From positions 1,119 to 65,118 of the forward strand of contig MGHI01000039.1 of assembly GCA_001793155.1 (NCBI GenBank): a stretch of 64,000 nt of DNA. Direction: 5' to 3'. This stretch comes from Candidatus Woesebacteria bacterium RIFCSPLOWO2_01_FULL_39_61. Lineage in GTDB: Bacteria > Patescibacteriota > Microgenomatia > UBA8517. Positions 29,518 to 38,489 of the stretch are shown here, in pieces. The notes below the pieces were generated by a model that worked only from the letters and a program-made list of their open reading frames with translations, was not told the origin of the DNA and ran no database searches. A program made the position numbers and the translations under genes. Positions within the stretch are counted from its first letter, which is position 1. Each line of letters starts with the position of its first letter.

Positions 29518-30377
29518 AGCTCTGCAAGAATCTGTTTTTTGCCAGGTTCTTTGACTTCGGCGAGTTCCAAATACCGTTCGGTTGTCGAAAGTCTTTTATG
29601 TCCGACAACCTGAGATAGAAGTACCAGATCAATTCCGCTTTTAAGATTTTCAACAATAAAGGTGGTTCTTAAATCGTTTACAGAATAAGCGGAAATTTCA
29701 GATTTATGCATATAGCGGTCGATTGCCGCACGAATATTCCTTACTGCCAAGGGCTTTCCGTTTTTACTTACAAAAATGTAAGGAGAATCTGTTTCAGGTC
29801 TGAGCTTTAGGTATTCATCGAGGGCTTCTTTGGCGGGTTTATTAAGTGGAATTGTGCGTTCGGGTTGTGTTGCGTAAGACTGAATCTTGACCTCTGTGTC
29901 TTTCAGATCCTCTTGCTTCAGATTCGCCACTTCGGAGATTCGTAATCCTGTTTGTAAGATGAGTTCAATTACCGCAGCAATTCTTAAATCGTCCCGGACA
30001 ACGTCACGAAGTGCCCTGTATTCCATGGGAGAGAGGAATTTCGGCATGGCAGCAGTAATTTTGGGATGAGCGACGTCTTCCGACGGATTAGATGAGAGTA
30101 TTTTCTCGGTTATAAGATAGCGGAAGAATGTTTTTACGGCATTTAGCTTCCTGGAAACTGATTTAGCCGTGTATTTTTGGCTGAGCAGGGTGTCGCGAAA
30201 AGCTTCAATATCCTCCTGTAAGATTTGATCAGCTGTTGCCTTGTTTCTTTTAACCAAAAACTCCAACAGTTGTTCGAGATCGGCTCGATAAGCAAGAATT
30301 GTTGATGGTGATCGACCCTTTGTTTCTAAATGTCCGATAAATTTAGGCAGTAAGTCTTTCAGAACTTCTTGTGTCAT
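29514..30377 (-). CDS. tyrosine recombinase (XerC/XerD family)
   Basis: C-terminal R..H..R..Y catalytic region (LRTTFI...LLSQVVGHKRLSTTERY) and an N-terminal core-binding domain. Confidence 0.75.
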   Translation of the reverse strand: MTQEVLKDLLPKFIGHLETKGRSPSTILAYRADLEQLLEFLVKRNKATADQILQEDIEAFRDTLLSQKYTAKSVSRKLNAVKTFFRYLITEKILSSNPSEDVAHPKITAAMPKFLSPMEYRALRDVVRDDLRIAAVIELILQTGLRISEVANLKQEDLKDTEVKIQSYATQPERTIPLNKPAKEALDEYLKLRPETDSPYIFVSKNGKPLAVRNIRAAIDRYMHKSEISAYSVNDLRTTFIVENLKSGIDLVLLSQVVGHKRLSTTERYLELAEVKEPGKKQILAEL

Positions 30378-30541
30378 AATGTATGCTTGAATTATACGAT
30401 ATAAAAATTTAAACCTGTTTTTCAGAGGTAGAAGACTCTACTTCTTAAGGCTAATGATGATATGATAACATAGTTTTTTAAAAAAGGTCAACACTTTTGT
30501 TATACATAGGTATATTTTGATACGTTATTGAGATAATTTAA

Positions 30542-30931
30542 ATGCGAAATCTTTTGGTAAAAGTTCTGCACAAATTCATAAGGCTCAAATCTCTATTAAT
30601 AATCTTTCCGGCTATTTTGCTAATGATATCTCTGACAAAAAGCATAGAAAAAGTCAGGCAAGCGAATTTACAGGTTAAGGAGAAAGAGGAAATGCTAAAT
30701 AAAGTTGTTGATGAGAATAAGGTACTTGAGGCGAGATTAAGAGAGGCAAGGGATGATATTTATATAGAAAAACAATTGAGGGATAAATTAGGGTATGCCA
30801 AAGAAGGAGAAATTGTTGTTATCCTGCCCGAGGATGATGTCTTAAGGAAACTTGCACCGGAAGAAAAGAAAGAAGAAGAGACTCTTCCCGATCCTAATTG
30901 GAAAAAGTGGATGAAAGTATTTGATTTGTAA
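30542..30931 (+). CDS. FtsB/DivIC-like septum formation initiator
   Basis: N-terminal TM, coiled coil, conserved IEKQLRDKLGYAKEGEIV segment. Confidence 0.6.
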   Translation: MRNLLVKVLHKFIRLKSLLIIFPAILLMISLTKSIEKVRQANLQVKEKEEMLNKVVDENKVLEARLREARDDIYIEKQLRDKLGYAKEGEIVVILPEDDVLRKLAPEEKKEEETLPDPNWKKWMKVFDL

Positions 30932-30984
30932 TATAATACCTTCATTGCCTATTCCTAAGTAAAAATAGGAAATGTTTATAGCTT

Positions 30985-31014
30985 AAATCTGCCTTTGGGC
31001 AGATTTCTTGGTTT
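30985..31014 (+). terminator. rho-independent terminator (aaatctgcc-tttg-ggcagattt followed by a T-rich tail)
   Basis: 9-bp stem, 4-nt loop, followed by cttggttt. Confidence 0.55.
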
Positions 31015-31102
31015 AAGAAAAGTAAGCCAATTTTTGCGGCATACTAAACTTTAGCCAAGGATCGAGCACCTTAACAAATTCAGGAAAAAGAAAGGGAAAA
31101 AG

Positions 31103-31270
31103 TATGGCAGAGAAATGCAGCGAGTGTGGCAAAAAGACCCAAAAGAAGTGCGATCATTGTGGTAAACCATGTTGCAGCGATCATGGTATCAGAGTTTATC
31201 TAGGGAATACCCACTTCTGGGTTCACAGAGACTGTTGTAAAGAGGCGATGGATGTCCTGAAAGAGAACTA
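31103..31270 (+). CDS. 55-aa zinc-ribbon mini-protein (8 Cys)
   Basis: Not in the ORF track because it is under 60 aa. Translation MAEKCSECGKKTQKKCDHCGKPCCSDHGIRVYLGNTHFWVHRDCCKEAMDVLKEN. Purine-rich stretch before the ATG. Confidence 0.45.
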
Positions 31271-31301
31271 AGATTCTTAAAAAGAAGAAAGGAAGGTCGA
31301 A

Positions 31302-32321
31302 GTGGATACGCCTTGGTATGACGATCCAGGAAAGATTATGAAAACTATTGTGGAAGGAGGTTTGAAAGGCCTAAACGAAGTTGCTCATGCACGTCATGAG
31401 GCTCACTACGATCGGGGCGAAAGGCTCAATGACTACATTATTGAGGGATCCTGGTATACAGACTCTTGCGGTAACTGGGGAAAGCTCCAGTGGCCAAAAG
31501 GTCGTCCAGACCTTGCTTTTATGCTTGTTCTGACACCAGCAGGGTATAACGAATTTTGCGTTGTAACAGGACTACCGACTAATTGGTCTGCTTCAATGGC
31601 TTGGGAACTTCCTCCAGATGGGATGGTTTGCGACCTCTGTCTCGAGCCCTGGATGATTCAGGATGCACATACAGCTGTTGTAAACCGAACCTATGAAGAC
31701 ATTCCGCTTGAGCGGTTTGCTGGTAAATCACTTCGTGAAGTTGAGAAGCTTATAGGCGCAGAACTTTCTGCGACAGTGTTTCTTCAACCGGAATTGATGA
31801 TCCAGAACCCAGCTTATGTTGGACATGCCAACCACCCTGTTTTCGAGGATGTTGTTGTGCGCGATGAAGGGGAGCGCGGTTGGGTCTACAAGGCTAATAA
31901 GGACACATATCTGGTCCAGCCAGGCGATTCTGGGTATTTCAATGTCTGGACCTATCGGCATCCACTTTGCCAGGAAAATCGGCTCAGAAAACTTGAGACA
32001 AACTACTTCGAAGAAATTTTCACCAAATCTGGTTACAAACAGGTTGTTTTAAACGCTATTCCCAACGAATATTGCGGGGATCCTACTTGTTGCGGACCAT
32101 GGTTTTTGGTTCGGACGGAAGTAGGTAACTTCAAAGTCGGTTGGCGGAAACGCGTTATTAATCTTGAATGGGCCGGCAAGGGGGTTGGTCCCGAGCGTGA
32201 TTTAACCCACCTCTTTAAAGGTGAGTCGACGACTCTTGAGAGAGACTACGTCCATGCCCATGGTCGCGAAAAGCTCATCGATTATTTGCGACGTATTCGC
32301 AATTACCAACTTACACTCTAA
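31302..32321 (+). CDS. hypothetical Trp/Cys-rich 339-aa protein, no recognisable family
   Basis: GTG start; locally higher GC (about 47-50%) than the surroundings; conserved-looking Cys/His clusters. Confidence 0.5.
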   Translation: MDTPWYDDPGKIMKTIVEGGLKGLNEVAHARHEAHYDRGERLNDYIIEGSWYTDSCGNWGKLQWPKGRPDLAFMLVLTPAGYNEFCVVTGLPTNWSASMAWELPPDGMVCDLCLEPWMIQDAHTAVVNRTYEDIPLERFAGKSLREVEKLIGAELSATVFLQPELMIQNPAYVGHANHPVFEDVVVRDEGERGWVYKANKDTYLVQPGDSGYFNVWTYRHPLCQENRLRKLETNYFEEIFTKSGYKQVVLNAIPNEYCGDPTCCGPWFLVRTEVGNFKVGWRKRVINLEWAGKGVGPERDLTHLFKGESTTLERDYVHAHGREKLIDYLRRIRNYQLTL

Positions 32322-32456
32322 AAAATTTCTTGAATTTGACCACCCCCAGCATTGGGTATATGCAAGCTACATATATGCATAAACTTAATTCTGGGGGTTT
32401 TTTATTTACGCAGTCTGATAGCTTTAATATGATATAATTCAACCTGAACGTTTATA

Positions 32457-32526
32457 TGCGGGGTAGTGTACGGCTGCACGGAAGGCTCATAATCTTCCAG
32501 GCCGGGTCCGACTCCCGGCCCCGCAA
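32457..32526 (+). tRNA. atypical tRNA-like gene with a CAT anticodon (possible tRNA-Met/Ile2 or a pseudo-tRNA)
   Basis: Hand fold: acceptor starting U1:A72, 4-bp D-stem with a 6-nt loop containing GG, canonical anticodon loop CTCATAA, T-arm CCGGG/CCCGG with loop TCCGACT (C at position 55), discriminator A. Confidence 0.4.
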
Positions 32527-32531
32527 CACGA

Positions 32532-32603
32532 GCCAGCGTAGCTCAGCGGTAGAGCAGAGATTTCATAAGTCTAAGGTCACTGGTTCGATCCCAGTCGCTG
32601 GCA
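32532..32603 (+). tRNA. tRNA with anticodon CAT (elongator Met or Ile2)
   Basis: Acceptor GCCAGCG/CGCTGGC, D-arm GCTCAGCGGTAGAGC, anticodon loop TTCATAA, T-loop TTCGATC; lacks initiator features. Confidence 0.75.
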
Positions 32604-32671
32604 CTTATTTTATTAAACGTGCCCCATAATGTTCACTTTATCTTTAACTTGAGTTAAAATCTCCCTAATCC

Positions 32672-33049
32672 ATGACTCCGGAAAGATTTTCGAGTCTGAA
32701 AAGACTATTTTACGAGATAGCTTTGGTGCGTGGCAGGACAAGAGAAGATATGGTTAAAAACGCACTCGATTACCTAGTTAATGAAGGTAAATTAGATGGT
32801 TATGACGTCTCCGATGACTTGGATAGAAAAAAGCGGATTGATTTTTACCCCTTTTCGGGTTCAAAAAGGTATAAAATCCAAGTCAAAAGTTCTCCGCGCG
32901 GAGTTGAAGAAGCTTTAAGAAAGCACCCGTCAGATATTAAAGATAAAATTTTTATCGTACCTGATCTTGGTGAAACTCCCCAGGATTTAGCCGACAGGAT
33001 AATGAGTGAAATAAAAGCCGTTGAGGAAAGATTTAAACAAGGCGATTAA
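32672..33049 (+). CDS. hypothetical protein
   Basis: 125-aa ORF. Confidence 0.4.
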   Translation: MTPERFSSLKRLFYEIALVRGRTREDMVKNALDYLVNEGKLDGYDVSDDLDRKKRIDFYPFSGSKRYKIQVKSSPRGVEEALRKHPSDIKDKIFIVPDLGETPQDLADRIMSEIKAVEERFKQGD

Positions 33050-33080
33050 GTTTCAAAGATTAATTTGGTAAACTATTGAT

Positions 33081-34070
33081 ATGGTAAAAAAGAGAGTTTT
33101 GCAGGGAATGCGGCCTACAGGCCATCTTCACTTGGGTAATTACCTTGGCACAGCTAAAGGGATGCTTGCATTGCAAGAAGATCCCAACTATGAGACTTTT
33201 TATATGGTTGCAGATTTACACGGAATGACGACTCCATTTGATCCTAAAAAAATCATGCTTGAATCCAGAGAAGTTATCCTTGACTATTTATCTTGCGGCC
33301 TTGATCCCAAAAAATCTGCCTTATTTCTTCAATCTAGTCTAGCGGACTTACACGTTCAATTGGCTTATTATTTTTCAACCGTTGTAACTGTGGCAAGAAT
33401 GCAACACCTTCCAACTTATAAGGAGAAAGTAAAACAGTATCCTGAGAATGTGACCATGGCTCTTCTTAACTACCCTATTTTAATGGCGGCTGATATTTTG
33501 ATATACAAAGCAAGCATGGTACCGGTTGGAATGGACCAAGAGCCGCACATGGAGGTAACCAGAGAAATTGCAAGAAAGATGAATTTGCTCTACGGCTTGG
33601 GTTTCCCGGAACCTAGGAGCCTTGAGACAAAAAGTAGATACATACCTTCCTTAACTGGGGAAGGGAAGATGAGCAAATCCGTAGAGGGGAGTTATATCAA
33701 CTTAACGGATAATTTAGAAACGATAAAAGAACGCTTAGCAAAGGTACCAACAGATTCCGGCAAGGGTAATAAAATACCCGAAGGCGGTGGAGTTTATACT
33801 TTATTAACAATAGTGGAGCTATTTCAGGGATTAGAAAAAAGGACAAAATATGAGAAAGAGTATAAGCGATCGGGCATAAAGTATCAGGATCTGAAAAACG
33901 AATTAGCAGAAGCAATATTTAAAGACTTAGAACCTATCCAGAAGAAGAGACGAGAATTAGAAAAAGATAGGGCCTATATAGATAATGCACTTAAAGACGG
34001 AACCGAGAGAGCTAGAGCTGTAGCAAGTAAAACCGTAAAAGAAGTTAAGGAAAAAATGGGGTTAATTTAA
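33081..34070 (+). CDS. trpS: tryptophanyl-tRNA synthetase
   Basis: HIGH-type motif (GHLHLGNYLG) and KMSKS. Confidence 0.9.
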   Translation: MVKKRVLQGMRPTGHLHLGNYLGTAKGMLALQEDPNYETFYMVADLHGMTTPFDPKKIMLESREVILDYLSCGLDPKKSALFLQSSLADLHVQLAYYFSTVVTVARMQHLPTYKEKVKQYPENVTMALLNYPILMAADILIYKASMVPVGMDQEPHMEVTREIARKMNLLYGLGFPEPRSLETKSRYIPSLTGEGKMSKSVEGSYINLTDNLETIKERLAKVPTDSGKGNKIPEGGGVYTLLTIVELFQGLEKRTKYEKEYKRSGIKYQDLKNELAEAIFKDLEPIQKKRRELEKDRAYIDNALKDGTERARAVASKTVKEVKEKMGLI

Positions 34071-34080
34071 TTATTTATCT

Positions 34081-34416
34081 ATGATAACCATCGATGACTT
34101 TAAAAAACTCGATATAAGAATAGGAAAAGTTTTAGAGGCTTCGGAAGTGGTGGGGAGCGAGAAACTAATTCGCTGCGTGGTTGACTTCGGAGAGTTGGGT
34201 ACGAGGGTTATTTTTTCGGGAATTAAAAAATGGTATTCACCTTCCGATTTAGTCGGAAAACTTTTACCCTATATAGTAAATCTTGAACCAAGACGTATGT
34301 TCGGGGAGGAATCCCAAGGAATGCTCGTAGCAGCGGCGCCTTCCGTAGACGGGGAAGAAAAAGCAGCTCTTTTAATTCCGGATGAGAAGCTTGAGCCCGG
34401 CACAAGGATTATTTGA
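34081..34416 (+). CDS. tRNA-binding protein (CsaA / EMAP-like OB domain)
   Basis: DIRIGKVLEA...VDFGE pattern. Confidence 0.8.
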   Translation: MITIDDFKKLDIRIGKVLEASEVVGSEKLIRCVVDFGELGTRVIFSGIKKWYSPSDLVGKLLPYIVNLEPRRMFGEESQGMLVAAAPSVDGEEKAALLIPDEKLEPGTRII

Positions 34417-34429
34417 GCTGGCAACCGAC

Positions 34430-34615
34430 GCATCTATCTGCTAGACTTACAGCTGATTTCAAAATCAGCGAGTCCCGACGAACATCGGGACGAGCAAATG
34501 TTTTGACCGAGTCTAACTCGGGTTATTCACTCAGATGCTACAAACCGCAAAGCTTCAAGACCGAAGCCGACCAGGCGAGGTTTTGAAACGGTTTCTAGCT
34601 TCGTCAAATAATTTT
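34430..34615 (+). ncRNA. GC-rich structured intergenic element (candidate small RNA, leader or compound terminator)
   Basis: About 54% GC in a roughly 40% GC genome; tandem hairpins gctgat-N6-atcagc and gtcccga-N6-tcgggac, plus further stems. Confidence 0.3.
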
Positions 34616-34620
34616 AAGCT

Positions 34621-36510
34621 ATGGATCCTATTAAAAGTTTAAAGAAATTATCACAAAAGAAACCTCAAAAATCCAAGAATCGTTTTGAATTTCGCCTTAA
34701 AATAAATCTTTGGAAGGTATTAATTGCCTTCTTTTTGGTAATCTTTTTTTTGCCCTTCTTAGTGTCTTTGCTTCAAATCCAGTCAACCGAAAGTAAGGTG
34801 GATACTTCCCAAGCACTTCTTGATGTTAAAGAAGGTAGGGTTGAGGAAATTATGATCCAAGACGAGAAGCTGATTTTAAATTATAAGGACGGATCCACGA
34901 AATTAGCCACTAAAGAATCGGGCGAGAGCTTTGCAGATCTTCTGGATAAATCCGGAGTTAATCCTACAGACGTTAAGTATACAGTTGTTGACCAATCACT
35001 TACACGGGTTATTGGAGAGGTCGCAAGCGTGGTCTTACCTCTGGCTCTTATGGCTTTATTTTTCTTTTTTATTCTCCGTGCTCAAACAAAGGGCGCGCAG
35101 GACATTTTTTCATTTGGTCGGTCCCGTGCCAGGCTTTTTGCCAAGGGTAAGCAGGACGTTACTTTCAATGATGTTGCCGGGGTTGATGATGCCAAAAAAG
35201 AGTTGGAGGAAATTGTTGATTTTTTGAAAAATCCGGCAAAATACAGAAAAATTGGAGCAAGAACACCCAAAGGAGTCATCCTTTTCGGCCCCGCCGGAGT
35301 CGGGAAAACGCTTCTTGCGCGGGCTGTTGCTGGGCAAGCCGGTGTACCCTTTTTTTCAATGGCAGGAAGTGAGTTTATGGAAATGTTGGTTGGAGTCGGG
35401 GCTTCAAGAGTCAGGGATCTTTTTCAAAACGCAAAAACTTCAGCGCCCTCAATTATTTTTATTGACGAGATAGATGCGATAGGGAGGCAAAGAGGACGTG
35501 GTTTTGTCGGAGGACACGACGAAAGAGAACAAACTCTAAATCAGATTTTGGTTGAGATGGATGGGTTTACTCCGAACGATAATGTGGTGGTTATTGCTGC
35601 AACCAATAGAGGAGATCTGCTCGACCCCGCGCTTTTAAGACCCGGGCGCTTTGACAGAAGAGTTCTTTTAGACATGCCGGACAAGGAAGGCAGGATTGCG
35701 ATATTAAAAATTCACGCGAGGGGTAAGAAATTTGGCAAAGGCATCGATTGGGAGAGAGTTGCGGATAGGACGGTCGGATTTTCAGGGGCTGACATTGAAA
35801 ACATGCTAAATGAAGCTGCAATTTATGCCGCAAGGCAGGATAAATCAGAAATTAATATGAGTGACGTAGAAGAGGCGGCAACAAAAGTTAAGCTCGGTCC
35901 CGCCAAAAGAAAACTTCAGAGCAAAGAGGACAAGAAACTTACAGCCTATCACGAAGCCGGACATGCAGTAGTTACACACTCCTTGCCAATGATGGATCCT
36001 GTTCATAGAATTTCAATTGTTGCCAGAGGTATGAGTCTCGGGCACACACTTATTCCTCCTGCTGCTGATAGGACCCATGAAACCAGAACTAGGATGCTTC
36101 AGCAAGTTACGGCAATGCTGGGTGGGCGCGCTGCCGAAAAAATAGTATTTGACGAGATGACTTCAGGTGCTTCAAATGATATTGAAATGGCGACTCGCTT
36201 GGCGCGCGCAATGGTGGTTGACTTTGGGATGAGTTCGCTCGGGCCGGTTAACTTGGGACCACAATACGACGTTGACGAAATGGGTAAAGCACAATGGTAT
36301 GAACCGGCACAGATATCCTCAAATACTCAGGAGAAGGTAGATAAAGAGATTGGTCTAATCATTGAAAATTGTTATAAGGAAGCTCTAGAGATAGTTAAGG
36401 AAAAGAAAAAAATACTTGAAAAAATAGTTGATCGGCTTTTAGAAAAAGAAACGCTAGACAGAGATGAGTTTGAGAAAATAGTTGGGAAGAAAAACAATGG
36501 TAGCAAGTAG
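34621..36510 (+). CDS. ftsH: ATP-dependent zinc metalloprotease FtsH
   Basis: AAA Walker A (GPAGVGKT), SRH, HEAGH zinc motif. Confidence 0.95.
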   Translation: MDPIKSLKKLSQKKPQKSKNRFEFRLKINLWKVLIAFFLVIFFLPFLVSLLQIQSTESKVDTSQALLDVKEGRVEEIMIQDEKLILNYKDGSTKLATKESGESFADLLDKSGVNPTDVKYTVVDQSLTRVIGEVASVVLPLALMALFFFFILRAQTKGAQDIFSFGRSRARLFAKGKQDVTFNDVAGVDDAKKELEEIVDFLKNPAKYRKIGARTPKGVILFGPAGVGKTLLARAVAGQAGVPFFSMAGSEFMEMLVGVGASRVRDLFQNAKTSAPSIIFIDEIDAIGRQRGRGFVGGHDEREQTLNQILVEMDGFTPNDNVVVIAATNRGDLLDPALLRPGRFDRRVLLDMPDKEGRIAILKIHARGKKFGKGIDWERVADRTVGFSGADIENMLNEAAIYAARQDKSEINMSDVEEAATKVKLGPAKRKLQSKEDKKLTAYHEAGHAVVTHSLPMMDPVHRISIVARGMSLGHTLIPPAADRTHETRTRMLQQVTAMLGGRAAEKIVFDEMTSGASNDIEMATRLARAMVVDFGMSSLGPVNLGPQYDVDEMGKAQWYEPAQISSNTQEKVDKEIGLIIENCYKEALEIVKEKKKILEKIVDRLLEKETLDRDEFEKIVGKKNNGSK

Positions 36511-36589
36511 CTTGTAACAAGAAGTATGCAGCTGACTTCCCGTTCTACACTCTACATACTTCACGCTACAAATTTAGTAAAATAACCTC

Positions 36590-37492
36590 ATGTCCAAACT
36601 AGTCCTCATCGATGGTAACGCAATACTTCATCGTGCCTATCACGCTTTGCCACCTCTAACTACAAAGAGAGGAGAGCCGATTAACGCCGTATATGGGCTC
36701 GTCAGCATGCTTCTTAGAATAATACAGGAGCTTAAACCCACCCATATAGCAGTTGCCTTTGATCGGAAAGAGCCAACGTTCAGACAGAAAGAGTTTGCAG
36801 GCTATCAGGCTCAACGGCCTCCGATGGAGGATAATCTCTCGAGCCAATTCGAAAAAGCAAAAGCCACACTTAATGCCTTTGGGATTCCGGTTTACGAGCT
36901 AGCCGGTTATGAAGCCGACGACATTATCGGTACACTTTCCAATAAAGTTTTAAGTTCAGGAATTCAAAATGTGATTATAGTTACGGGCGACCGCGATATT
37001 CTCCAACTCGTTAACGGTAACGTCAAAGTCTATCTTCCAGTAAAAGGATTAAGCGAGGGAAAAGTATTTGGTATTGAAGAAGTAGTTGAAAAAATGGGAG
37101 TTAAACCATCCCAAATCCCTGATTACAAGGCTCTCGTTGGGGATCAGTCGGATAACTACAAAGGTGTTTCTGGAATTGGACCGAAGACAGCGATGAAGCT
37201 CATAGAAGAATATGGTAGTTTTGAAGCAATTTACAGAAACTTAAATTCACTTCCAAAACAAACAAAAGAAAGACTAGAGAGCGGCAAAAGCGGGGGAGAA
37301 ATGTCTCTGAAACTTGCAGAAATAGTCAGAGACATTCCGATAGAAGCAGATTTTGAAAAAATGAATAAATGGAGTGTCGATAGCAAACAAGTTTTAGACC
37401 TTTTTACCCAATTTGGCTTTAAAACTTTAACAAACAGGGTAAAAGAAGTTGGGAAAATGATTGTAAGCGAAAATCAGATGAAGTTAATATAA
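36590..37492 (+). CDS. 5'-3' exonuclease (FEN/Pol I N-terminal domain type, standalone)
   Basis: LVLIDGNAILHRAYHA, GYEADD and H3TH regions. Confidence 0.85.
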   Translation: MSKLVLIDGNAILHRAYHALPPLTTKRGEPINAVYGLVSMLLRIIQELKPTHIAVAFDRKEPTFRQKEFAGYQAQRPPMEDNLSSQFEKAKATLNAFGIPVYELAGYEADDIIGTLSNKVLSSGIQNVIIVTGDRDILQLVNGNVKVYLPVKGLSEGKVFGIEEVVEKMGVKPSQIPDYKALVGDQSDNYKGVSGIGPKTAMKLIEEYGSFEAIYRNLNSLPKQTKERLESGKSGGEMSLKLAEIVRDIPIEADFEKMNKWSVDSKQVLDLFTQFGFKTLTNRVKEVGKMIVSENQMKLI

Positions 37493-37496
37493 TACA

Positions 37497-37575
37497 TGCC
37501 CGCCGTATCTTCGCACCCGGCTTTTCAGGACTATTCGTTCACGTCTCGCGCTAAGATTGGTCGGCGGGTCTTCGC
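37497..37575 (+). terminator. GC-rich compound hairpin after the exonuclease gene
   Basis: gcccgccg ... cggcgggt long-range stem with internal repeats of tcttcgcac, then a T-rich stretch. Confidence 0.3.
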
Positions 37576-37622
37576 ACTATTTTAGATTTAGAATAAAATG
37601 TGCTCGAGAGGAGGTGATAAAA

Positions 37623-38012
37623 ATGATAAAAGGTATTGATGCAGTTACACTTTTTAGCGAAAACGCAGAAAAACTTGCTAAATTTTACAAAGAAAAAGTT
37701 GGCTTAAAACCAACTGGTGAATTTGTAATGGGTGAGGGAAAAGATGAGGCTAATGTATATATGTACGAATATAAAAAAGGTGGCGATTTTGCGATAATTG
37801 ACCACTCAAAAGTGAAAGGAAAGAATAAGAATCCGGAAAGATACCTCGTTAACTTCGAAGTTGATGATATAAAGAAAGAAGTTGCCAAGCTTAAAAAGAA
37901 TAAGGTTAAGGTTATTGCCGATACTTACCATGTAGAAGGGTACGGTTGGGTTGCAACTTTTCAGGATATTGATGGAAACTACTTTCAGCTGGTACAAGTT
38001 AGACCGAGTTAG
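37623..38012 (+). CDS. VOC/glyoxalase-family protein
   Basis: Small beta-alpha-beta-beta-beta modules; ORF track 37557.. trimmed to the ATG. Confidence 0.5.
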   Translation: MIKGIDAVTLFSENAEKLAKFYKEKVGLKPTGEFVMGEGKDEANVYMYEYKKGGDFAIIDHSKVKGKNKNPERYLVNFEVDDIKKEVAKLKKNKVKVIADTYHVEGYGWVATFQDIDGNYFQLVQVRPS

Positions 38013-38036
38013 TAGATAGCAAATAGTAGATAGAAG
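38009..38036. repeat. left inverted-repeat arm (agtagat agcaaat units) flanking the four-helix-bundle gene
   Basis: ttagtagatagcaaatagtagatagaag; its reverse complement recurs at 38439..38485. Confidence 0.8.
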
Positions 38037-38061
38037 ATGGGAAAAAAGATAAACTGTCTTA

Positions 38062-38424
38062 GTGGCTAAAATCGAAAGATTTACAGATCTTAAAGCATGG
38101 CAAGAAGGGCACCAATTAGTCCTTATGATCTACGGAGTTGTCAAGACTTTCCCAAAAGAAGAAAACTTCATCCTTACTACTCAAATACTCCGAGCTGTAA
38201 TATCTGTTACTAATAATCTGGCTGAGGGGTTTGGTAGAAGATATTATAAAGAAAAAATTCAGTTTTATTCGATGGCCAGAGCTTCATTGGTTGAAGTTTG
38301 CAATCAACTTATGATAGCCAGAGATGTTGGTTATTTGAACAGAAAAGACTTTGACTTTGTATGGGAACAAACTGACAAAGTAGGTAGATTAATTACAGGA
38401 TTAATAAAAAGTATTAAAAAATAA
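38062..38424 (+). CDS. four-helix-bundle protein (TIGR02436-type, the '23S rRNA intervening sequence protein' family)
   Basis: LKAWQ...FPKEE...LTTQILRAV.S...NLAEGFGRR motif series typical of the family. Confidence 0.85.
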   Translation: MAKIERFTDLKAWQEGHQLVLMIYGVVKTFPKEENFILTTQILRAVISVTNNLAEGFGRRYYKEKIQFYSMARASLVEVCNQLMIARDVGYLNRKDFDFVWEQTDKVGRLITGLIKSIKK

Positions 38425-38438
38425 GACTTAGTCCTATA

Positions 38439-38485
38439 ATTGCTATTTGCAATCTACTATTTGCTATCTACTATTTGCTATCTAC
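38439..38485. repeat. right inverted-repeat arm (atttgct atctact units, three copies)
   Basis: attgctatttgcaatctactatttgctatctactatttgctatctac. Confidence 0.8.
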
Positions 38486-38489
38486 CAAA

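Noticed and set aside
31080-32330. Strong compositional anomaly of the zinc-ribbon and 339-aa gene pair as proof of horizontal transfer
   Set aside because: Spot counts give about 47-50% GC, but some core genes such as nrdJ reach similar local values. The shift is only suggestive and is not used as decisive evidence.
38062-38424. The four-helix-bundle genes as evidence of an rRNA operon or IVS in this window
   Set aside because: No 16S or 23S-like sequence is present anywhere in the 64 kb. The genes sit between ordinary protein-coding genes, so they are rRNA-independent copies.
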